64,000 nucleotides of DNA from Cyanophyceae cyanobacterium (lineage in GTDB: Bacteria > Cyanobacteriota > Cyanobacteriia > Cyanobacteriales > JBHJGN01). The stretch lies in the NCBI GenBank assembly GCA_050331735.1, contig JBHJGN010000031.1:64001-128000 (forward strand), in the 5' to 3' direction. Within the stretch, counting starts at the first letter, position 1. Each line of letters opens with the position of its first letter. The notes beneath the pieces are model-generated. The model was not told the origin of the DNA and ran no database searches. It saw only the letters and a program-made list of their open reading frames with translations. Shown piece by piece: positions 40,532 to 49,573 of this stretch. Both the position numbers and the translations under genes were made by a program.

Positions 40532-43278
40532 CCCTCTCCCCGTTTGAAGATTTTCTGCATCTTGCTGCTCTCGTTCGGATTGCTTTAAGAGGTCGCCGAG
40601 TCGGAGCCTATCTACTGACCAAGGGACAAGGCAAAAGCCTGCGCTTTGTCTTTGGGTTTGAGTGTCAGGGCATTCACGCCACGCCTCGCTCCTCAGAAAC
40701 CGTGGAGACTGTCTTTAGTAACTTAGAGTCTGGCTTAAAAGAACTGCCCGGCGGCGAACTCCTCACGATCCACATGGGGTCATTCCGCGAGGAACGTCAG
40801 CGACAGGCTGAACTCGCTTCTCTGGTCCGCCACGCGCCCAACCTGGAGTCAAAATTTTTGCTAACCGGAGAACGCGCGCGAGTCCAGGAATTGACTCGAC
40901 TCGGCGTTCGCAAAGAGAAGTTCATTCGCATCTATGTAACCTACACTATTGAAACGGGTAACGTCGGCGCTCAAGATGCGGTAGAGAAGATCCTGGCACA
41001 GATGCAGGGAGTGTGGCATCGGTACACGGGTCAAAGAGAAGAAATGAAACAACGCCAGCTTCAGGAAAGTTTCACCCTAGCTTTTACTGACGGCTTTTGC
41101 CGCTGGGAGCAGATTCTCACCAATAAAATGGGGCTACCGCTGCGCCCCCTCGACGAGCAAGAACTGTGGGATGGTCTTTGGTCGCGATTCAACAGCAGCG
41201 AACCGACGCCGATTCCGCAACTGATTACGCTTGATAGTCGGGGCATAGCAGAAGAAATCAGAACAAAAACTCATGCAACCACGCTACTGCTCAGAGATCA
41301 TCTGCCGCAGGCAAGCGAATCTTGGCTAAAAGTTAAAGATCGCTACGTCGGCGCACTGACGTTTTTAGAAAAGCCAAGCGGTTGGGCCAATCGGTTAGCT
41401 CAGCTTCGCTATGTCTGGAACGTCATGGCCCGCGAACAGGTGCAGGATACCGAAGTATTTTGTCAATTGGCTCCAGCCAATCCTAAATTAGTGCAAATTG
41501 CCGTACAGCGGCTCCTCAAGCAATCTATCGTCACGGCTGACCTTGCCGAAGAGAAACAGTCGGCGGATGTGGCAGCGAAAGTTAAAGCCGAGCGCTCCTA
41601 CGAAGCGCAAAAGCAGATGTACGAAGGGGCGACTCCTCTCTACACGGGCATGACTATTTTAGTTCACCGCGATCGCCTCAGCGACCTCGATGAAGCCTGT
41701 CGCTTTCTCGAATCCTGCTTTCAACGTCCGGCTTGGGTGACGCGCGAGCTGAACTACACCTGGAAGATTTGGCTCCAAACTTTACCGATAGTGTGGGAGC
41801 GCCTGCTGGCCGTTCCCTATGACCGTCGCCAGCTCTACCTCAGCGATGAAGCCCCCGCTTTCATGCCGTTGGTGACAACGCAATCGCTCGATAAGCAGGG
41901 CTTTCAGCTCATTGCCGATGAGGGAGGAGCACCTATTTATATTGACTTATTCACGCAGCACCGCAACCTGGCTCTGTTTGCCACTACTCGTGCCGGCAAA
42001 TCGGTGCTTGTTGCCGATATCCTCAAGCAAGCATTAGCTCACCAGATGCCCATCGTGGCCATCGACTTCCCAAAGCCAGACGGCAGCAGTACTTTTACCG
42101 ACTTTACCCACTTTATGGCTCACAACGGAGCCTACTTCGATATTTCCCGCGAGTTCAACAATCTCTTTGAGAAACCCGACTTGCGGGTTTTAGAGCCTGA
42201 CGAACAGGAGTCCCGCTTTCTCGACTACCGCGACTTCCTAGAAGGAGCGCTGATGACAATGGTAGGCGGGAATAGTCGAGACCCGTTACTGGGTCAAACA
42301 ATTCGGTCTTTACTCAATTTGGCCCTCAACGCCTTCTTTGCCGATTCCCACATTGACCAGCGATATCAAGCCGCTCTAGAAGCGGGAATCGGCTCACCCG
42401 CGTGGCACAATATTCCCACTCTTCGAGACTTCCTTGAATTCTGTTCTCCGCAGCATCTCAATTTAGAATCAATTTCCGGCAACGTCAACGAAGCTCTTCA
42501 GCAAATTATCCTGCGCCTTCAGTTTTGGCTCGGCAGTCGCGTCGGTCGAGCGATTTCGCGTCCTTCGAGCTTTCCGACTAATGCTCAACTGATCGTCTTT
42601 GCGCTAACGAATCTATCCAACGAAGAAGATGCGGCGATTTTAGCGCTGTCGGCGTACTCAGCCGCGTTGCGTCGCGCCCTTGCTGCCCCTGCGTCTATCT
42701 TTTTCATTGATGAAGCCCCCATTCTCTTTGAATTTGAGGAAATTGCTAGCTTGGTGGGGAGGCTGTGCGCAAACGGTGCTAAAGCCGGAGTTCGAGTCAT
42801 TCTCAGCGCTCAAGACCCCGATACCATTGCTAAATCGCAACATTCATCGAAGATCTTCCAAAACCTCAGCACCAGATTAATTGGTCGCATTCAACCAGCA
42901 GCGGTGGAGAGCTTCGAGCGCATTCTTAAGTATCCGCGCGAGATCGTTGCCAAAAATGCTGGCGAAAGCTTCTTTCCGTCTCGCTCAGGAATCTACAGTC
43001 AGTGGCTGCTTGATATTGATGGTCTTTACACCTACTGTCGCTTCTATCCCGCTTACGTCCTGCTGGCAGCAGTGGCGAACAACCCAGATGAGCAGATTGT
43101 GCGTCGCTGGTTCTTGCAGCACTACGAGGATAAGTTTATTGCGCTGACAGAGTTTGCCAAACATTTAGTCAACTCGATTCGCAACGGTCAACCCCTGCGT
43201 ATTCCTCAGCAAGCACCGCAACCTCTTCTTGACGTTTCATCTGAACTGAAAAGCTTGAACGGAGCTGGTTCTAAATAG
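40471..43278 (+). CDS. virB4: VirB4-like T4SS ATPase
   Basis: About 935 aa; Walker A ATTRAGKS, Walker B FFIDEAP, GAKAGVRVILSAQD; start MAQTKKK at 40471. Confidence 0.85.
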   Translation: MAQTKKKLGKKRVGFKKNKVTLSPFEDFLHLAALVRIALRGRRVGAYLLTKGQGKSLRFVFGFECQGIHATPRSSETVETVFSNLESGLKELPGGELLTIHMGSFREERQRQAELASLVRHAPNLESKFLLTGERARVQELTRLGVRKEKFIRIYVTYTIETGNVGAQDAVEKILAQMQGVWHRYTGQREEMKQRQLQESFTLAFTDGFCRWEQILTNKMGLPLRPLDEQELWDGLWSRFNSSEPTPIPQLITLDSRGIAEEIRTKTHATTLLLRDHLPQASESWLKVKDRYVGALTFLEKPSGWANRLAQLRYVWNVMAREQVQDTEVFCQLAPANPKLVQIAVQRLLKQSIVTADLAEEKQSADVAAKVKAERSYEAQKQMYEGATPLYTGMTILVHRDRLSDLDEACRFLESCFQRPAWVTRELNYTWKIWLQTLPIVWERLLAVPYDRRQLYLSDEAPAFMPLVTTQSLDKQGFQLIADEGGAPIYIDLFTQHRNLALFATTRAGKSVLVADILKQALAHQMPIVAIDFPKPDGSSTFTDFTHFMAHNGAYFDISREFNNLFEKPDLRVLEPDEQESRFLDYRDFLEGALMTMVGGNSRDPLLGQTIRSLLNLALNAFFADSHIDQRYQAALEAGIGSPAWHNIPTLRDFLEFCSPQHLNLESISGNVNEALQQIILRLQFWLGSRVGRAISRPSSFPTNAQLIVFALTNLSNEEDAAILALSAYSAALRRALAAPASIFFIDEAPILFEFEEIASLVGRLCANGAKAGVRVILSAQDPDTIAKSQHSSKIFQNLSTRLIGRIQPAAVESFERILKYPREIVAKNAGESFFPSRSGIYSQWLLDIDGLYTYCRFYPAYVLLAAVANNPDEQIVRRWFLQHYEDKFIALTEFAKHLVNSIRNGQPLRIPQQAPQPLLDVSSELKSLNGAGSK

Positions 43279-43324
43279 GTAGGGATCGCCCGCTCAACAA
43301 GCTGGATAACTCAGGAGTATAGCG

Positions 43325-43777
43325 ATGTTTCAACAATTTAAAAGCCTACGCCGAATAGCCGTCGCCTTCCTCTTGCTGGCTGCTGCGACGGTAATTTTAG
43401 AGCGCCATTGGGCGATCGCTAATTCACCCTCAACCCTTCCACCACACGAGGAAACTATGTTTCGGTTTGAAAATTTCGATCGCGCCGGCAACGACCGAGA
43501 AATTGAGCAGGCAATCAAGAAACGGCTGCTTGACATGCATCCCATTGGTTCTGATCCTGATGAGCTAATCGAAAGTCTAGAAGCTGCTGAAGCTTACTGT
43601 CGCGATGAGTCATCCCAGGACCAAGAATTTTCTACGCATCTGTGTCGGTATCGATACCCTCTTGGCATTCCCGTCAGCAACCCTCGGTTTACGGCAGAAG
43701 CGTTTCGGTCAGTCACAATTTACTACGACGAAACTGGCATTGTTGATATTGAAGTGAGCGTTGCTCATACTGCATAG
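43325..43777 (+). CDS. Exported hypothetical protein (candidate immunity protein)
   Basis: AGGAG RBS; signal-peptide-like N-terminus; FRFENF...LLDMHPIGSDPDELIESLE..A.C...C.Y core with two Cys. Confidence 0.8.
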   Translation: MFQQFKSLRRIAVAFLLLAAATVILERHWAIANSPSTLPPHEETMFRFENFDRAGNDREIEQAIKKRLLDMHPIGSDPDELIESLEAAEAYCRDESSQDQEFSTHLCRYRYPLGIPVSNPRFTAEAFRSVTIYYDETGIVDIEVSVAHTA

Positions 43778-43822
43778 CTTTCATAGCTAAGAACATCCAG
43801 GATTGGAATAGGAGTGCGCTAA

Positions 43823-44698
43823 ATGGGACATAAAATCGAGGTCAGATCCTACGAAATTGACCAGCTAGACGAAACAGAGAACAATAATTGGTTTAATCGC
43901 GCTGTTGATGCAAGTCATGCTTTTATTGTGTATGCAGATGACCAAGGCAATGAGCAAATTCTGCGAGGCGGACCGAATCCAGAGACGGGCAACATTTTAG
44001 CGAATTACGGAGAATACAGTCAAAACGGTGTAGATGGAACGAACCCCGTTAGTTGGAGAGGCGAACCGCTGCGAGAAACACCAAGAGAAATTCGCTCTGT
44101 TGTGGTTGCTGAGGGAGGAGCAGAACTCGCCGCCGTTTTTGCCGCGATGAAGGAGCAGGCAGACGCAATTAATAAGGCACGAATTCCCTACATTGCTTGG
44201 GGACACAACGTCCAAAACAGTAACTCGGTTGTCGCTACGGTACTAGAAGAAGTTGGACTAGAGCCGAATTTTCCTCCGGGTTGGCACCCTGGGAGGAACG
44301 TCAATCTACTGGAGGAACATTTTCGGCAAGGAAATTCCAAACCAAGCAGCGCTCCTGCCTCTAGCCCATCACCAAAGGGTGAATCTAAGCCCACTGCTCA
44401 GCTACCTGCTAATGCTTACGAACAGGTTGCTGCTTACGTGCGTAATGCTTTAGCTAGTCCCAATTTAGCTGGATTAGCACTGGACAACCGCATTGCCCAA
44501 GCACTGATCAATGGCGAGACTGATCAAGCTGCTGCCAAAATTTTGAGCCAAAGTCCTAACGCACAGCAGGCAATGCAAGCAGGAAAACAGCCGGAAGCCT
44601 TTAGCTACATTCAAGCCAGACTAGAGCAGGGAACACAGTTAAATAATCAAACAGCTCAGGTGCAGTCGAACCGCGAACCAGAAATGAGGCTAGAGTAG
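43823..44698 (+). CDS. Hypothetical protein, candidate T4SS effector
   Basis: AGGAG RBS; no signal peptide; N-terminal domain SHAFIVY..ILRGGP..PY...QNSNSVVATVL..PG, Pro/Ser linker, helical Gln-rich C-terminal domain. Confidence 0.8.
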   Translation: MGHKIEVRSYEIDQLDETENNNWFNRAVDASHAFIVYADDQGNEQILRGGPNPETGNILANYGEYSQNGVDGTNPVSWRGEPLRETPREIRSVVVAEGGAELAAVFAAMKEQADAINKARIPYIAWGHNVQNSNSVVATVLEEVGLEPNFPPGWHPGRNVNLLEEHFRQGNSKPSSAPASSPSPKGESKPTAQLPANAYEQVAAYVRNALASPNLAGLALDNRIAQALINGETDQAAAKILSQSPNAQQAMQAGKQPEAFSYIQARLEQGTQLNNQTAQVQSNREPEMRLE

Positions 44699-44935
44699 GG
44701 CTTGCATCAAGCTTTTGAAGGGTTTTTGCTCTGAAAGACAAGGAAATTTCACAAAATCTATAACTAAGATAGATTAATTAAAGCTTTTATGAATATTGCT
44801 GCTATTGGCACCAATATTCTTTAACAAACAATATCAGAAAGCTATATTTGTAGACAAGAACCAGCGACATCAGCAGTTGTACGAGTTGACAATTGCTTTC
44901 ATATTTCCTCACTCAATTTCTTTAGGAGCCTGTAA

Positions 44936-45829
44936 ATGTCCAACCAACCAAAAGCTATCAGCATTAGGAGAACTCGTCGGGTGGCGATCGCTGGTAGCCT
45001 ATCGTTAATCTTACTAGCCTGGAGCGCTAAACCTGCTAAAGCCGGAATCTTTGGTGGTTTGTTTGGCTACTTTACTAACTATATTGAAAATTTTGTCAAC
45101 GAAGTCGCATCTTACTACATCGATTATGTAGACGATTTTATTGATTACGTCGAACTGGGTGCGGATGTTTTAATGGGCAAATTAGAAGAGCGTTTACCGA
45201 GCATGATTGCAACGACAGTATTAGGCGATGACAAATGGATCGATCCAGAAACCTACAGCCCAGGAGCACTGGGATTGCCTAGCCCCATTGAGTTGACAAC
45301 ACAGATTAAAAAAGATATCTACGAAGGCAATGCAGCTTCTTTAGGTCTCGAAACCACTGCTGGCGGACGAGCCGAAGAAGAAGCAAGACGCAGCGAACGA
45401 GCGTTATCTAAAGAGATTAGTGATGCTGTATATCTAAGTCAGGAAGCTCAGGAACAGCATCAGATTAATATTGAAGAGACTCAAGCTTTGGTAGAGAGAA
45501 CTAACGAAGTTTCTAAAGCCTCAGCAGGGCTATCGGAGAAGGCGGATGCTGCCAACTCTAGTCAAGAGGTGTTGAAGCTGTTATCGCAACAAATTGCCCT
45601 TGATTCTCGGCAAAATGCCGAACTAACCTCGCTTGTCGGCAGCTTGAAAACGCAGCATTTGATGGCAACGATGGTTGAGCAAAGTCAAGTGGCGGCAGTA
45701 ATCCAGCAGTCTGAGTATTTAGCTGGACTTTACAGAAGCGAGGGTCTGAAAAAACAGATTAGCGGTGCTAATACAATTAGAGCCGGAAAAAATCTTCAGG
45801 GCTACGCGACGTTTGTCGGAGGACTGTAG
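44936..45829 (+). CDS. Exported helical T4SS component (VirB5-like)
   Basis: Signal peptide ending PAKA; GALGLP, then Gln-rich coiled coil with SSQEVLK; lies between VirB4-like and VirB6-like genes. Confidence 0.6.
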   Translation: MSNQPKAISIRRTRRVAIAGSLSLILLAWSAKPAKAGIFGGLFGYFTNYIENFVNEVASYYIDYVDDFIDYVELGADVLMGKLEERLPSMIATTVLGDDKWIDPETYSPGALGLPSPIELTTQIKKDIYEGNAASLGLETTAGGRAEEEARRSERALSKEISDAVYLSQEAQEQHQINIEETQALVERTNEVSKASAGLSEKADAANSSQEVLKLLSQQIALDSRQNAELTSLVGSLKTQHLMATMVEQSQVAAVIQQSEYLAGLYRSEGLKKQISGANTIRAGKNLQGYATFVGGL

Positions 45830-45831
45830 GC

Positions 45832-45950
45832 GCTGGCGAATAAATTTGCGGCTACAAAAACCAAGTTTGTCTTCATAGATTCTAGACAATCAAGAGTTTA
45901 AGCAACCTGCGCGGCAGGTTCTGTTAGGGTGACAGCGGTTTTAGCCGCTA
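45832..45950. repeat. Degenerate MITE-like palindromic element
   Basis: GGCGAATAAATTTGCGGCTAC left end, internal hairpin AACCTGC-GCG-GCAGGTT (45904-45920), GCGGTTTTAGCCGC right end. Confidence 0.5.
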
Positions 45951-46059
45951 ATAACCTCAAAGTTAATGCAGATTTTCTGCCGTAGAAGCGTTAGTTTCTT
46001 GGCCAAGATGGGAACGATAAAAATGTAGCTGGTTCATAGTTGCTAGTGCCCTTGGACCA

Positions 46060-46785
46060 TTGATAATGATGAGATTTTTTTCTGTACGCCTAATCAGCAT
46101 AGCTGTTGTTCTGTTTCACCTTTCCCTACTAGGAGGAACGATGAGGCTGCCATCAGCACAGGCTCAATCTAACCCTCCTCTAAACTTTGACCCGACTGCC
46201 CCAACTCCTGCGCCAACTCCAACAACTTCCAATAACCAGGACTTCTTCTGCGGTCAGGGATGGGAATTTAATGGCTTTCCCTATGACTTGTTTGCCTGGG
46301 AGGAGATTCCTTGGGGTATGCCGGGAGATGAGTTTTTAAGAAGATACAAACAGCGAGTAGAGGAGTGTTCGTCAACAGTTTTTAGTGGTGAGCGAGGAAT
46401 AAATGCTACCCATTCATTTGAGAATAAGAGTCAGAAAGATCATACAACTGTATATTTTAGATTTCATGGAGAAAACAATACTCTTTCCGAAATTTATCTA
46501 AATCGTGTTCCCAGTTACATGAGAGATTATCTCTTGCAGCATTATGGAGTGCCTGCTCAAGCCAACTACACGCCAGTCAAAGTTCGTGTTGGTTGTGTTC
46601 GTGAAGGGATTGTCTGTCCTCCTGTCTTTGAATACCGAGGAGAGGAACTCTGGAGTGGAATCTGGCGGCTGTCAGAGACCTTCATTCAGTTAGGCACGCC
46701 CAATAGCATAACTATTAAACCCGTTGACTCTGACCTACAAAGTCGTCCTGTGTGCGATGAGTTTCTGATCTTCAAATTTTGTTAG
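46060..46785 (+). CDS. Exported hypothetical protein
   Basis: Signal peptide ending SAQA, Pro/Thr linker PTAPTPAPTPTT, Cys-containing globular domain; exact start uncertain. Confidence 0.7.
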   Translation: MIMMRFFSVRLISIAVVLFHLSLLGGTMRLPSAQAQSNPPLNFDPTAPTPAPTPTTSNNQDFFCGQGWEFNGFPYDLFAWEEIPWGMPGDEFLRRYKQRVEECSSTVFSGERGINATHSFENKSQKDHTTVYFRFHGENNTLSEIYLNRVPSYMRDYLLQHYGVPAQANYTPVKVRVGCVREGIVCPPVFEYRGEELWSGIWRLSETFIQLGTPNSITIKPVDSDLQSRPVCDEFLIFKFC

Positions 46786-48035
46786 CCATGCTTCCAGGAG
46801 TAGTAAAGTTTACTCATTTATCATTCTGGCTGCTGGTGCAAGCTGGAGATACTTGTGATGGCGCTGGTAATTTTGACCTAGATCTCTCGGATCAGTTTGC
46901 TGAGGATGTCACGGTAGCAGAAAAAGTCAAGGAGAGTTTTGATGGACTGTGGGATGTGGCGCTATCTCCTACCAGTTTTGTTTATAGTTCTCTCTCTGAT
47001 ATTGGTCTACTGTTAGCAGTAGTTACCGTTACTGTGTTTATAGTACGTTGGGGGCGGGAGTTATTAGAGTCTGGAATTTCCAGTAAATCGTTTGGAGAAA
47101 TTATTTGGCCCTTAGTTGTAGCAGTTTTCTTAAGTAACAATGGACAAATTCTCGCTAGCACGACTCGCGCTATGCAGAACTACGTTCAAGAGCAGGAGGA
47201 AACAATTGTCAACGGAGCGTTTCTGGATGTGTTTATTGGAGAAACTCTTGAATCGGCTTTTCGGCAGTTAGTTGGTATCACGACAGTTCCTTTGGGCATT
47301 GGCTCGATTTTAGCTCAGTGTACTAGTCACGAAAATCCAGCGTTTTGCTTATCAGGACCACCAGTATATGAAGGAGAGGAAATTGAGAGATTTGAGTCTG
47401 GGGCGCTTCAACAGGCAATTTGTGCTTTGAATCCTTATGTAGAATCAGGAGAAAATCCTAAATTAGCTCAGCTCAGCAAAGAACTCGAAAAAGAACAAGA
47501 GAAGTTACATTCAATCCTTAAAAACGAAGTGCCAGGTTCTTCTGATGAAGAAGATACTTTCACTGTAGGCATTCCGCCTGAAATATACAAACTTATGTCT
47601 GCGAGTGAGGATTCTGGGTTGATGCAGTTCTTTATGGGGTCTGGAGCCGCATTTGTGTGGTTGACTGAACTCGCACTATTTATTACTGCCCTACTTGGAC
47701 CTCTCGCTCTTGGCTTGAGCCTGCTGCCTGTTGGCGGAAAAGCAGTCTTCGCTTGGCTGACAGGCTTCCTCTCTGTTGCTTTTGCAAAGCTGTTTTATTT
47801 CATTTTGACGGGGCTATCTTCGATTGTGGTGCTCGATGCTATTCAGGATGTGTCCCTAACAGACTTTGTGGACTCGATTCTGGTGGGAATCTTTGTCGGA
47901 GCACTGGCACCGCTGCTTTCCTTGGCAGTGTGCGTGAGCGGCGGTCGAGCGGTATTTCAAAGTTTAGTCGGCTACGTAGTTCCGGCGGTTGATTCGACGG
48001 TGCGGCGGCGGCAGATTTATCGAGCAGGAAAGTAA
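46779..48035 (+). CDS. VirB6-like polytopic T4SS membrane protein
   Basis: IIWPLVVAVFLSNNG; C-terminal TMs ELALFITALLGPLALGLSLLPVGGKAVFAWLTGF...APLLSLAV..GG. Confidence 0.75.
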   Translation: MLAMLPGVVKFTHLSFWLLVQAGDTCDGAGNFDLDLSDQFAEDVTVAEKVKESFDGLWDVALSPTSFVYSSLSDIGLLLAVVTVTVFIVRWGRELLESGISSKSFGEIIWPLVVAVFLSNNGQILASTTRAMQNYVQEQEETIVNGAFLDVFIGETLESAFRQLVGITTVPLGIGSILAQCTSHENPAFCLSGPPVYEGEEIERFESGALQQAICALNPYVESGENPKLAQLSKELEKEQEKLHSILKNEVPGSSDEEDTFTVGIPPEIYKLMSASEDSGLMQFFMGSGAAFVWLTELALFITALLGPLALGLSLLPVGGKAVFAWLTGFLSVAFAKLFYFILTGLSSIVVLDAIQDVSLTDFVDSILVGIFVGALAPLLSLAVCVSGGRAVFQSLVGYVVPAVDSTVRRRQIYRAGK

Positions 48036-48059
48036 ACAGATAAGCATTTTTGTAAGGGA

Positions 48060-48818
48060 TTGAGGGCTGTGGTGCAGATACTTCCAGAGAAAAAATCGAG
48101 AAACTACCTAGCGCTGTTTGTGCTGCTTACCGTGATTATGCAGGGGGCGAGTGTGCTGCTGCTGCTCTTTCAGGGGGCAATTATCAATCGCCTGAGCAAA
48201 AACCCGCCCACTCTGGTACAGCTTGTGGATGGAGAATCGATTCGCGTCGAGCCGATGGATTACCTAGAGCGTACGCCCCAAACAATCCGCGAGTTTGTTG
48301 AAGATACCATGACCATGCTAATGACCTGGTCGGGGGAACTTCCGGTCGAGTCGGCGCAGGATGAAAAGGTGCCGAGGCGCGACCCAGGAGTGACGATAGC
48401 GACGGAATCGGGTCGCTCTCAAAGGATTGCCACCTCTACCTGGCAAGCAGGATTTGCTCTTTCTGAAGACTTTCGGGTTGAGTTTTTGCAGGAACTGACT
48501 CGCCTCACTCCTCAGCGAATCTTTAGCAGAAATCAGGATACGCAGGTTGTTTTGGTGATACTCGATTTGTCTGAACCGAAGAAGATTGAAGAGGGTAAAT
48601 GGAAGCTGGCAATGGTCGCTAACTTACTGTTTTTTAGGGACGGTAGTTCCCTCGGAGAGGGAGTCCCGTTTAACAAAGAAGTTTATGTGCATACTGTCGT
48701 TGCGCCAGAAGTGCCTGATGATGCGACTCCTCTAGCTCGGAAAATTTATCAGGTGCGACAAGCTGGCTTGGAAATCTACGCCATGCGTGATTTAGAGGCG
48801 GAGGAAATTTTGGAGTAG
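48060..48818 (+). CDS. VirB8-like bitopic T4SS protein
   Basis: One N-terminal TM, PPTLVQLVDG, RTPQTIREFV...MTWSG, ALSEDFR, FNKEVYV. Confidence 0.65.
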   Translation: MRAVVQILPEKKSRNYLALFVLLTVIMQGASVLLLLFQGAIINRLSKNPPTLVQLVDGESIRVEPMDYLERTPQTIREFVEDTMTMLMTWSGELPVESAQDEKVPRRDPGVTIATESGRSQRIATSTWQAGFALSEDFRVEFLQELTRLTPQRIFSRNQDTQVVLVILDLSEPKKIEEGKWKLAMVANLLFFRDGSSLGEGVPFNKEVYVHTVVAPEVPDDATPLARKIYQVRQAGLEIYAMRDLEAEEILE

Positions 48819-48911
48819 ATATACCTCTATAGAATGGGGGAAAAGAGTAAGGGAGAAAGGAAACTCAAAATTCGATAAAGTGGGGATACATAAAGTGACA
48901 GGGATCAAACT

Positions 48912-49478
48912 GTGACAACGCTGGTTAAGTGGACGGTTGAAGACTATCACCGGATGATTGAGGCAGGTATCCTCTCCGAACGACGCTGCGAGTTAATCGG
49001 AGGAAAAATCGTTGAGATGGCGCCGGAAGGACCGCTGCATCGGTTTATCAATGAAACGGTCGGTGACTATTTACGCCAGCAATTGGGAACTGCGGCTCTC
49101 GTTTCAGAAGCTCATCCCATTACTCTCGTAGATTCAGAACCAGAACCAGATATTGCCATTATTCAACCTCCTCGGAGTCGATACAGGAATCGCCATCCTG
49201 CCCCCCAGGATATTTACTGGCTAATCGAAGTTGCCGATACGACCCTTGCTGAAGATACAGGGGAAAAATTGACAGCGTATGCTAAAGCAGGTATCCCTGA
49301 GTATTGGGTCATCGACGTTCAGCGATCGCAAGTCAAAGTCTTTCGCCAGCCCCTCGAAGAGCAATACCGAAGCGAGACAACTGTGACGGCGGGAACAGTT
49401 TCGCCACTAGCCTTTGCTGATGTTGCCATTTCTGTAGAACGATTGTTGGGGGTAAGGAATAGCGAGACTCAGCTTTAG
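48912..49478 (+). CDS. Uma2-family endonuclease
   Basis: WTVEDYHRMIEAG, SEPEPDIAI, LIEVADTT, YAKAGIPEYWVID. Confidence 0.92.
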   Translation: MTTLVKWTVEDYHRMIEAGILSERRCELIGGKIVEMAPEGPLHRFINETVGDYLRQQLGTAALVSEAHPITLVDSEPEPDIAIIQPPRSRYRNRHPAPQDIYWLIEVADTTLAEDTGEKLTAYAKAGIPEYWVIDVQRSQVKVFRQPLEEQYRSETTVTAGTVSPLAFADVAISVERLLGVRNSETQL

Positions 49479-49573
49479 CCTTGGCGAGCGATCGCACCGA
49501 TGCCAAGTTGCCATTTGAGACAATCTTCTATTCACAATACTCACTAGACGAGTAGTTGTTTCATGGTTTCGAC

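Noticed and set aside
37287..48818. Complete ICE or integrated plasmid
   Set aside because: No relaxase, integrase, rep/par genes or att repeats in the window; cannot be excluded genome-wide, so not called as a mobile element
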